Shown piece by piece: positions 18,551-26,547 of a stretch of DNA of 64,000 nucleotides (position 1 is the stretch's first letter; each line of letters starts with the position of its first letter). The stretch comes from Myxococcales bacterium (GTDB taxonomy: Bacteria; Myxococcota_A; UBA9042), in contig JBBISH010000017.1 of NCBI GenBank assembly GCA_037441385.1, positions 8,267 to 72,266 of the forward strand, written 5' to 3'. Position numbers and translations under genes: made by a program. A model generated the notes under the pieces. The model ran no database searches and had not been told where the DNA came from. It was given only the letters and a program-made list of their open reading frames with translations.

Positions 18551-19930
18551 CTACAGGCAACCGCTGGTGTCGTACACGCAGCCCTTGATGGGGTCGCAGC
18601 TGTCTTTGCTGCAGGCCTTGCCGTCGTTGCACTTGAGCGCTGTCCCGCCCGTGCACGCCCCGGACTTGCAGGTGTCGCCGGTCGTGCAGCCGTTGCCGTC
18701 GTCGCAATTGCTGCCATCGGGGACGGGGAGACCGGCCGTGCAGCCCGACGCGGGCAGGCAGCCACCGGGGCCGGTGCAGGGGTTGCCGTCTTCGCAGACC
18801 AGGGCGGTGCCTTTGCACTGGCCCTTGGCGCAACCGGTATTGATCGTGCAGATGTTGTTGTCGTCGCACGGTTCGTTGCTGTTCAGCTTGGTACCGGTCG
18901 AGCACACGCCGGCCTTGCAGGTCACTGGGGTGCAGGGGTCGGCCTGCTTGCACAGCGTTGCGGTGACGCAGGTGGGCAAGGCCACGCCGTCGACGCTCTT
19001 GCAGGTGCCGGGCGTGCAGGGGTCGCCGCCGCACGGCTGATCCAGGTACGGGTAGTGGGCGACGCTGCCGGTGGTGGGGTCGCAGATGTCCTTGGTGCAC
19101 GGGTTGCCGTCGTCGGCTTTTTCCTTGGTGATGCACAGCTTGCCTTGGCAGACGCCGTCGGTCTGGCACAGGCCTTCGCCTGGGCACGCGATGGGTTCGC
19201 TGCTCGTCTTGGCGACGGTCTGGCAGTTGCCGGCGTTGCAGGTGTCCGTATAACAAGGATTCTTGGTGTCCGGGCACAAGGGTTTGGTCACGCAGGTGCC
19301 GCCGACGCAAATTTCGCCCGTGGTGCAGGCGTCCAAGTCGGTGCAGACTGCGCCGTTGCGGGGCTGGTGAACGCAACCCAGGATTATGTCGCAGAAATCC
19401 TGGGTGCACGCATTGCCGTCGTCGCAGTTTTCTTCTTTGGCGCTTAGGCAGTAGCCCTGGCTGCACATGCCAGCGCCGCCGCATTTGCAGGTCGCAGGGG
19501 GCCACTTTTCGGGCGCCTCGGACCACTCGCACAGGCCGGTGGCCAAGTTGCAGCTCGCGACCTTGCAGATCTGGACACCCAACGCCTCGCACTGGGTGTC
19601 GGTCACGCAACCGCCCATGCCCACGGGGACATCGGGTCCGACCTCGACCTCAGTGGCGGTGTCCACCGGGGTCACCGTGTCGGCGGACGCGTCGTGCGCG
19701 TCGGCCACGTCACCAGCGTCGCTGGAGTCCGCGATCTCGGCCTTGCTGTCTTGGAGGATTGTGTCGCCGCCGTCGGCCGCCGTGTCCTTGGCGCTGCTGT
19801 CCGAGGTCTTGGCATCCAGCGGCAACGGCTCGTTGCTCCGCTTGCCGGGTAGACACGCCACCAACAGCACCGCGGCCAGCCACAGCCACACGGTCCGGTG
19901 CCAAAGGCGCTGAGCAGGGAAAAGCGACAT
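18551..19930 (-). CDS. Cys-rich repeat lipoprotein (C-D-D-G-N-x-C-T repeats)
   Basis: Lipobox LVAC; Asp-rich linker; repeated CDDGNACT / DDGNPCT / CEDGNPCT / CNDGKACS motifs. Confidence 0.85.
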   Translation of the reverse strand: MSLFPAQRLWHRTVWLWLAAVLLVACLPGKRSNEPLPLDAKTSDSSAKDTAADGGDTILQDSKAEIADSSDAGDVADAHDASADTVTPVDTATEVEVGPDVPVGMGGCVTDTQCEALGVQICKVASCNLATGLCEWSEAPEKWPPATCKCGGAGMCSQGYCLSAKEENCDDGNACTQDFCDIILGCVHQPRNGAVCTDLDACTTGEICVGGTCVTKPLCPDTKNPCYTDTCNAGNCQTVAKTSSEPIACPGEGLCQTDGVCQGKLCITKEKADDGNPCTKDICDPTTGSVAHYPYLDQPCGGDPCTPGTCKSVDGVALPTCVTATLCKQADPCTPVTCKAGVCSTGTKLNSNEPCDDNNICTINTGCAKGQCKGTALVCEDGNPCTGPGGCLPASGCTAGLPVPDGSNCDDGNGCTTGDTCKSGACTGGTALKCNDGKACSKDSCDPIKGCVYDTSGCL

Positions 19931-20027
19931 GAGCTCGGTAGCGACGCGCGGGCGACGGGGCGCCCGATTCCAGAGTGTAGACGGGCGGCTCACAGGCGTC
20001 TATGCCTTTGGGCGCGCGCAGCCGGCT

Positions 20028-21257
20028 TCACGCACGCTCGAACGGGAAAGCCAGCACGTCGTCGATGTCGCGCAGGCCTAGCAGCGCCATCAGCAGGCGG
20101 TCCACGCCCAGCGCAACGCCCGCGGCCGGGGGCATGCCTTGCGCCAGGGCTGCCAAGAACCGCTCGTCGACCGGGTACTGTGGCAGCCCGGCCTTGGCGC
20201 GGGCATCGAGATCCACCTGGAACCGGCGCCTCTGCTCGATTGGATCGGTCAACTCACTGAATCCATTGGCTAGTTCTACTCCGTGCAGGTAGATCTCGAA
20301 CCGTTCCGCCCAGTGCGGCGCATCCGCAAACGGCCGCGACAGCGACGCCATCGCCAGGGGCCAGCGCTCGAGCACCACGGCCGGCAGATTGCGCAAAGCC
20401 GGTTCCACGCGCTCGACCATGGCACGCGTCAAAATGTCGGCGGCCGTGTCGCCAGGCTGCACTTCCAGGCCGCTTTGTGCAGCGCGCTTGGCGACCACGC
20501 CATCGCTGCGGCAATCGCCCGGATCGAAGCCGGCAAACTCGCTAATAGCACGGCGGATCGCCACGTTGCGCCACTTGGAATGGGTATCGAACGCCGGCCC
20601 CCGACCGGGCAAGGCGCGCAGCGGCGCCCACTGCGGACCCGCGATGGCCTTGGCGCAATGCCGCACCAGTGCTCGGCAATCGGCCACAATGGTCCGGTAG
20701 TCCGTGCCCACCCGGTACCACTCGAGCATCATGAACTCGGGGTTGTGCCAGTGGCCCCGCTCCCCCGACCGGAAGGCATGTTGCAGGCTGTAAATCTTGG
20801 AGAATCCGCCCGACAGCAGCCGCTTGCAGTGGTACTCGGGGCTGGTCACCAAGTAGCGGACGGTGGGCGCGCCGCCCATGCCCTGGCGCAGCTCGGCGCG
20901 CACGGCGTCCAAGTGCAGCTCCAGTCCGGGCGAACTGGCCAGCATCGGCGGATCGACCTCGCAAAACCCGCGCCGATCAAAGAAATCGCGAATGGCCCGC
21001 AGAATCGCCGCGCGCGCCTTCAGCGCCCAATAGCGGGTGGCGTCGCGCTCGCTCAGACGGTAGAAGTCGCCGTCGCTACTGGGCTCGTGCAGCGGCGCCG
21101 GCTCCAGGGGCTGCCAACCGCCTGGCCCTTCCACGGCAAACTGCCCATAGCGCGCGTCGCCGCAAAGGGTCCCTTGCACGACCTGGCCGTCGCACCACAG
21201 CCACGCCTGCGCCCCCTGGGTGGCCAGCACGCGGCCAAGCCGCTGAATCTGCTGCAT
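20028..21257 (-). CDS. epmA: EF-P lysine aminoacylase (EpmA/GenX/PoxA)
   Basis: RAAILRAIRDFF..RGFCEVDPP, YLVTSPEYHCKRLLSGG, FRSGERGHWHNPEFMMLEWY, ERFEIY..GVELANGFSELTDP, GMPPAAGVALGVDRL. Confidence 0.92.
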   Translation of the reverse strand: MQQIQRLGRVLATQGAQAWLWCDGQVVQGTLCGDARYGQFAVEGPGGWQPLEPAPLHEPSSDGDFYRLSERDATRYWALKARAAILRAIRDFFDRRGFCEVDPPMLASSPGLELHLDAVRAELRQGMGGAPTVRYLVTSPEYHCKRLLSGGFSKIYSLQHAFRSGERGHWHNPEFMMLEWYRVGTDYRTIVADCRALVRHCAKAIAGPQWAPLRALPGRGPAFDTHSKWRNVAIRRAISEFAGFDPGDCRSDGVVAKRAAQSGLEVQPGDTAADILTRAMVERVEPALRNLPAVVLERWPLAMASLSRPFADAPHWAERFEIYLHGVELANGFSELTDPIEQRRRFQVDLDARAKAGLPQYPVDERFLAALAQGMPPAAGVALGVDRLLMALLGLRDIDDVLAFPFERA

Positions 21258-21275
21258 CTTTGCTGCCTTCTTGCG

Positions 21276-21908
21276 CTATTCGATCGAGAGGTTGTAGGCG
21301 CGGTCCAATCCGGTGCGATCGATGGCGGTCCGGACCAAATCCCAGATCGCCGGGCTCTTGGCGTGGAACGCGCCGTCTGGTCCAGCCTCGCCGCGGAAAA
21401 TGCGCAGGCTCGCCGCATCCGTTTCTTCGCCGCCCGGGATCGCATCGCCGGCCTTGGCGACCACGCGCAACGAATTGGCACCGGGGAACAGGTCTTGCGT
21501 CATCTCGACCGTGAATCGCCCAGAGTCCAAGCCGATCTTGCGGAACATCTTGCCGTTGACCCAGACCTCAAAGGCGAAATTGACCTTGGGGTTGGGCTCG
21601 TAGACCAGCACGTAGCGGAATTTGGGCTTCAGGCTGGGGGTCTTGGCCAAGGCCAGATCGCTTTGCCCCACGACCTTGGGCTGGCCGTCGCTGCCGTACT
21701 CGATCCGATAGCCGGGCGACAGGATCTGCAGATCGCCATTGGCGTCGAACTTGACCGTGCAGTTGAGCAGGTCGGCGTTCTTCAGGTTGGTGACCTTGAC
21801 GCCGTTCAGGTAGATGTCGAGCGCCCAAGCCGGCGCCGTGGCCAAGAGCAGGGTTGCGACCAGCACTGCGGTATGCAACCACTTGAACGACATGGATTTA
21901 GGGGTCAT
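21276..21908 (-). CDS. Secreted hypothetical protein
   Basis: Signal peptide ending PAWA; beta-rich mature part (DIYLNGVKV, VWVNGK). Confidence 0.75.
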   Translation of the reverse strand: MTPKSMSFKWLHTAVLVATLLLATAPAWALDIYLNGVKVTNLKNADLLNCTVKFDANGDLQILSPGYRIEYGSDGQPKVVGQSDLALAKTPSLKPKFRYVLVYEPNPKVNFAFEVWVNGKMFRKIGLDSGRFTVEMTQDLFPGANSLRVVAKAGDAIPGGEETDAASLRIFRGEAGPDGAFHAKSPAIWDLVRTAIDRTGLDRAYNLSIE

Positions 21909-22040
21909 GGCACTCTCCAGCGGTGGCCTTGGCCACCCCAGTAGCGACGCACCACAGCGGGGAGTGATTCGGTGCGCGCCCGCAAAGGCTGCCACACTGG
22001 CCCAAATGGGCCAGAAAATCGCAGATCTGTGCAAGGGCGG

Positions 22041-22829
22041 CTACTTGCCGGTGGGGTTCAGTACGGCCGGCATCGGGCAGCCCTGATCTTGCCAGCCCGT
22101 GCAGATCTTGGGACCGTCTTTGTATGCCGCCAAGGCGTTGGTCAGGCACTTGATCTCGCCGGACAGGCGCTGGTTATCCAGCGTGCCGCCGGGCGTCAGG
22201 TACTGCATGCAAGCCCAACCGCAGCAGGCCTCGCTTTGCGCCTTGGGCCAGTACTGACACGGCATCAAGAACGATTTGCACACCAACTTGCACTGTTGCT
22301 TGGCCTCGCTGAGCAGCGGATCGGTGACCTTGGATTCCCAATCGCAGGTGACCGGGTCGACCTTGACCTGGCCGTTGGCGCTGGGCGCCATGCACACCTT
22401 GGTCGGTAAGTCGGTGATGACGGCTTTCTCTTTGTATTCTAACGTCTTGCATAGCTCCCATTGACTGCCTAGCGCCGTGCACGCTGCCAAGTTGCTGCAC
22501 ACCGGCGCGCAAAACGGCGTCTTGGGGCCGGCGAAGTCGGCCGGCATCTGCACGCACAGCGCCGGCTTGCCCTGCAAGGCCGTATTGTCGCAGTAGTTCT
22601 TCACCTTTTCGCCAGGGCAGGCGGCGGTACACCACGGGACGTTGGCGTAGTCGCTCTGCAGGCACTCCAGCCCGGCCGCGCATTGCAGCTTGGCATTGCA
22701 GGGCTGGCCAAAGCCCGGCAGTGCCGCCGTGGTGACCGCCGGGTCGGCCGCGCTGCTGCAGCCCAGCACCGCCCACCCGATCGCCGCCCACCCGATCGCC
22801 GCCCACCCGGTCGGCGTGTGGTCTACCAC
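22041..22829 (-). CDS. Cys-rich hypothetical lipoprotein
   Basis: Lipobox VLGC; many paired Cys; GTG start overlapping the upstream stop. Confidence 0.75.
   Translation of the reverse strand: MVDHTPTGWAAIGWAAIGWAVLGCSSAADPAVTTAALPGFGQPCNAKLQCAAGLECLQSDYANVPWCTAACPGEKVKNYCDNTALQGKPALCVQMPADFAGPKTPFCAPVCSNLAACTALGSQWELCKTLEYKEKAVITDLPTKVCMAPSANGQVKVDPVTCDWESKVTDPLLSEAKQQCKLVCKSFLMPCQYWPKAQSEACCGWACMQYLTPGGTLDNQRLSGEIKCLTNALAAYKDGPKICTGWQDQGCPMPAVLNPTGK
22769..22809 (-). repeat. 15-bp tandem repeat (~2.7 copies) encoding GWAAI in a signal peptide
   Basis: CCGCCCACCCGATCG twice plus a partial third copy. Confidence 0.85.
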
Positions 22830-23479
22830 CGCCAGCCTATGCCGGCGGCGCCGTAGGGAGCGACCTTCTGGATCGAATTCTGTTCCAGGAATAGCGCGCC
22901 CTTGCTGCCGCCGCTGAGTCCTGTGCCACCTTCGACAAAGATGTTTACTCTGGGCAAGCGCACCGAAACGCCAAGCGGAATCGACACTTCAGGCAGCGCA
23001 TAGCCCAGGCTGGGGGCGGTGTACGCCCAAATGCCCTCACTCAGGCGCACGGACAGCGGCAGCGCCATCGACATCCACATCCAGCCGCCGCTGGCCTGCA
23101 GGCCTAGCACCAGATCGTCGGTCTCGACCAAACGGGCGCGGACCAAGGCGCCCAGCGCCAAGAACGTGTCGTTGCGCAGCGACAATTGGCCGCCGATGTC
23201 CAAGTACTTGAACTGATGCACGTAGGCGCCCTGCGCTCCTGCCACGTAGGGAACTTCGCGCGTGAAGTACGTCGCGTCGGTCGTGCCCTTGCCGCCGCCT
23301 ACCGCGAGCGATAGCTGGTTGGGACGTTCGCGGTCCAAGGGCAGGATCGGCGGCATCGACGCCAGCGGCGCACAGGCCCATAGCGACAGATAGGCCGTAG
23401 CCAGCAGACCCACAGCGAACATGGCGTAGTCGGCGCGATCCGGCTGCTCGTTCCCGCTCAAGACCTTGAAAAAACGCAT
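22823..23479 (-). CDS. Hypothetical lipoprotein / small outer-membrane beta-barrel-like protein
   Basis: LWAC after a hydrophobic stretch; alternating amphipathic strands; C-terminus GIGWRW. Confidence 0.6.
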   Translation of the reverse strand: MRFFKVLSGNEQPDRADYAMFAVGLLATAYLSLWACAPLASMPPILPLDRERPNQLSLAVGGGKGTTDATYFTREVPYVAGAQGAYVHQFKYLDIGGQLSLRNDTFLALGALVRARLVETDDLVLGLQASGGWMWMSMALPLSVRLSEGIWAYTAPSLGYALPEVSIPLGVSVRLPRVNIFVEGGTGLSGGSKGALFLEQNSIQKVAPYGAAGIGWRW

Positions 23480-23789
23480 TGGTCAACCCCCTTCCCGCCT
23501 ACAGAGGATGCGATAGCCGGAGCGCAGACGCAAGCTCGGACCATTGCACCCAGCCGACCGCGCTGGCCGGGCGCAAAAAAGGGGCCTTGACGACACTCGG
23601 CGCCCGTCCTTACCTGTACAATTTGTCGCCAATCGTTCATAACAGCATGATATTGATGTGATTTTTTCTCTTGACATCCGGCGCGGGCATCCTTGCTTTG
23701 GTCGTGGTTGATGCCGGCGCTGCCGCGACAACCCGAACCGCAATCCTTGGACGCGGGCTGGATAGCCGCGTGAATTCGTGGAGGAAGAT

Positions 23790-24233
23790 ATGACTCTGAT
23801 GCGCTGGAACCCCTGGACGGACCTGGACACCCTGCAGAACGAGATGCAGAAGATCTTTGACGCGCGGGCGGCCGAGTCGAACAAGATGATGGGCGTCCGC
23901 AGCTTTGAGCCTGCTGTGGACATCATGGAGGATTCCGACAAGTACACCCTGAAATTTGACCTTCCCGAGGTGATGCTGGCCGACATCCACATCGAGGTCG
24001 AGAACCAGACGCTGACGGTGCAAGGCGAGCGCAAGATGGAGAAGCACGAGGACAAGAAGGGCTACAGCCGCATCGAGCGGGCCTATGGCGCCTTCACCCG
24101 CACCTTCTCGCTGCCCAACAACGTCAACGCCGACAAGATCACCGCGGTCTGCAAAGACGGCGTGCTGCGCCTGGAACTGCCCAAGAAGGCCGAGGCCCAG
24201 CCGCGCAAGATCGCGATCAAGCCCGTGAACTAG
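23790..24233 (+). CDS. Small heat-shock protein (Hsp20/alpha-crystallin)
   Basis: [68 protein letters not shown]. Confidence 0.95.
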   Translation: MTLMRWNPWTDLDTLQNEMQKIFDARAAESNKMMGVRSFEPAVDIMEDSDKYTLKFDLPEVMLADIHIEVENQTLTVQGERKMEKHEDKKGYSRIERAYGAFTRTFSLPNNVNADKITAVCKDGVLRLELPKKAEAQPRKIAIKPVN

Positions 24234-24263
24234 GGACCGCTGCAGAGGATTTTAGGGAGGAGA

Positions 24264-24815
24264 CTACGGCGTCGCGGCAAGGCGCCAACTTCGCACATCG
24301 CCCTCGAAGTGCTGGCCGGCCAGCGATACGTAAAGTCGGCCGTCGCTGTGGGTCAGCTCGAGGGTGGTGTGTCGGTCGAGGAGCGGAGTCATCGCGTCGA
24401 GCAGCTCGGGCGCAATGAACACCACCTCGACCCGCTGGGGCGCAAACAGCGCTCCACTCCGGGCGGCCTGCTCGAGCAAGGGTTGCTCAGCGGCGGTGAA
24501 GATTTTGACCTGCGGGCAGGCCTTGGCGGCGCGATGCACACGCTCGGCCGAGGGCGAGCCGACCTCGATCCACTCCACCATCTCCCCGGTGGGCGTGCGG
24601 ATCGCCAACGCTGGCTCCTCTGTGCTCGACAGGCCGCCTTTGGAGAAGCTCAGTCCCTCGCCAAAGCGCATGCCGTAGGCGATCAGACGCAACAGCATGA
24701 AGCGTTCGGTCTCGGATGGATGGCGGGCCAAACGAAGGTCCAACTCCTCGTAAATGCCGCGGTCGACATCCGACAAGTGCACCGCAAAGCGATAGAGGGT
24801 CGCGGTCAGTGCCAT
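24264..24815 (-). CDS. yaeQ: YaeQ family protein
   Basis: MALTATLYRF..LSDVDRGIY, LARHPSETERFM, FSKGGLSSTEEPAL, WIEVGSPSAER. Confidence 0.92.
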   Translation of the reverse strand: MALTATLYRFAVHLSDVDRGIYEELDLRLARHPSETERFMLLRLIAYGMRFGEGLSFSKGGLSSTEEPALAIRTPTGEMVEWIEVGSPSAERVHRAAKACPQVKIFTAAEQPLLEQAARSGALFAPQRVEVVFIAPELLDAMTPLLDRHTTLELTHSDGRLYVSLAGQHFEGDVRSWRLAATP

Positions 24816-24821
24816 CCGGGC

Positions 24822-25442
24822 CTACTGTCCCACGGCCAGGTTGGCCGGAAGACTCACGCCGCGCAGCTGCGCCTTGCCCACTGCGCGGGCCTCGCCCGGA
24901 CGCAGCGGCATGCCCGTCGGCTCTGTAGCGCCCTGGGCACCGGCCACTGCCGCGGAACCACCGTGCTTCTTGGCGCGGGCGGCCATTTGCTTGGCACGGC
25001 GGGCGGCGCGGGCCTCGGCCTCTTTGCGGACCTTTTCTTGGCGCTTGGCTTCCTCGGCGGCCAGCTTGGCGGCCTTGCGGCGCTCGCGCCGTTCGACGAA
25101 CTTGTCGATTGCCGCTTTGGTCGTGCGGACTTGCAGCACCTGGCCGGGCTTGAGGAGCGAGTCGCTCAGCTGGTTCCACTCGAGCACGGCGTCCACGCTC
25201 ACGCCCAACTGGCGGGCGACGTCGCCCAGGAACCGCTCGTCTTCGATGGTCAATTGCAGGGGCTCGGCCACTGGCTTGCTGGGAACCACGTTGCGCATCG
25301 GCGTCTTGGACGCCGTGCCTTCGCCTGCCTTGAGGACGGTCGCCGACAGTTTTTCGAGCTCCTGGCGGCGCTCGCAACCGGCGCCCAGCGTTGCGCCGAA
25401 GCAAAAGGCAAGAGCAGCGGCAACTCGTAGAGCTTTGCGCAT
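24822..25442 (-). CDS. LysM domain lipoprotein with basic coiled coil
   Basis: Lipobox LGAGC; LGDVARQLGVSVDAVLEWNQLSDSLLKPGQVLQV (LysM). Confidence 0.85.
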   Translation of the reverse strand: MRKALRVAAALAFCFGATLGAGCERRQELEKLSATVLKAGEGTASKTPMRNVVPSKPVAEPLQLTIEDERFLGDVARQLGVSVDAVLEWNQLSDSLLKPGQVLQVRTTKAAIDKFVERRERRKAAKLAAEEAKRQEKVRKEAEARAARRAKQMAARAKKHGGSAAVAGAQGATEPTGMPLRPGEARAVGKAQLRGVSLPANLAVGQ

Positions 25443-25661
25443 GGCAGACCTCGACACTCGAACTGGGCCGCACTCCAACCTGGCACCGCAACCCGGACCT
25501 CAACGACGAAGCCAAACGCTTGACGGGGGGACGGAATTGCGTTGGCATGGGCCACGCCCGCGCCGAATCTAGCACCGGCTGGGCGACGGGCAATTATTTC
25601 GGTGGAATTTGACGAACACAAGAATAATACAACGGTTTCTGGCTGCGAGCCCGAGGCCCAC

Positions 25662-26270
25662 GTGGTAGGCGCGCGCTCTTCGGTCGAGCCGCGCCTACCG
25701 CTGTGGCTGGCCGTGGCGTTCCACCTCGCCCTGGTCGCGGTGGCGCTAATTTGGCAGTCGTTTCGGCCGGGTGGCGCAATCGGCTTGGTGCGGGTGCCTA
25801 TCGAACACATGCTGCCCTGGTGGGGTGCGGCGGTCGGCGCGTCGTGGCTGCTGGTGCTTGGGCCGGCGTGGCTGGAAGACAAACTGCCGGCGCTGCGGGC
25901 GGTTTCGGTCGAACTGTACCAGGCGGTGGCGCCGATCACGACGCTGCGGGTGGCGGTGCTGGCGGGGATGTCCGGGTTTTCGGAGGAATTGCTGTTTCGC
26001 GGCCCGCTGCAAGAAACGATTGGCTGGGTGCCGGCGGCGCTGCTGTTTGGCTTTGCCCACGGCGGATTGAGCAAGCGCCAGTGGCCCTGGACCCTGTTCG
26101 CCTTGACCGCGGGGCTGCTTTTTGGCTGGATGGTCGAGTTCTACGGCGCGCTGAGCCCGGCGATGGTGGCGCACATGACGGTCAATGCCATCAACATGCG
26201 GCGGTTAGAGCGGTATGCGCCGCTGGCCGAACGACCATTGCGGCGCCCGCAGGAGTCCGGCGATGCATGA
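25662..26270 (+). CDS. CPBP (Abi/CAAX) family intramembrane metalloprotease
   Basis: EELLFRG, FGFAH, H...N motifs; several TM helices; start uncertain. Confidence 0.9.
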   Translation: MVGARSSVEPRLPLWLAVAFHLALVAVALIWQSFRPGGAIGLVRVPIEHMLPWWGAAVGASWLLVLGPAWLEDKLPALRAVSVELYQAVAPITTLRVAVLAGMSGFSEELLFRGPLQETIGWVPAALLFGFAHGGLSKRQWPWTLFALTAGLLFGWMVEFYGALSPAMVAHMTVNAINMRRLERYAPLAERPLRRPQESGDA

Positions 26271-26514
26271 CGACGGCCTCCGCTACGCGGGCTACTTCGC
26301 GTTGGACGTGCGCTTGCTGGCGACGTGCGTGGTGTTCGCCTTGGCGGTGGCGACCTTGGCCGTGGCGTTGCGCTTGCGGGGCCGCCGTTGGGACGAGCAC
26401 GTTGTCGCGTTTCTGGCTGTCTTTTCGGTTAGTTTCTTGCTGACGCTGGGGCTGACCAACCTGCTCGCTGCCTACCCAGCGCTGCGGATCGAGTCGCTGT
26501 TTCCCGTGCCGTAG
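26263..26514 (+). CDS. Small two-TM membrane protein
   Basis: Overlaps the CPBP stop; two hydrophobic helices. Confidence 0.55.
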   Translation: MHDDGLRYAGYFALDVRLLATCVVFALAVATLAVALRLRGRRWDEHVVAFLAVFSVSFLLTLGLTNLLAAYPALRIESLFPVP

Positions 26515-26547
26515 TCGCGACTTCGCAGCTTCGACGGCAGGGATCGC

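Noticed and set aside
23580..23789. CIRCE, HAIR or sigma32 element upstream of hsp20
   Set aside because: There is an AT-rich patch and TTGACA at 23671, but no consensus operator or convincing -10 box.
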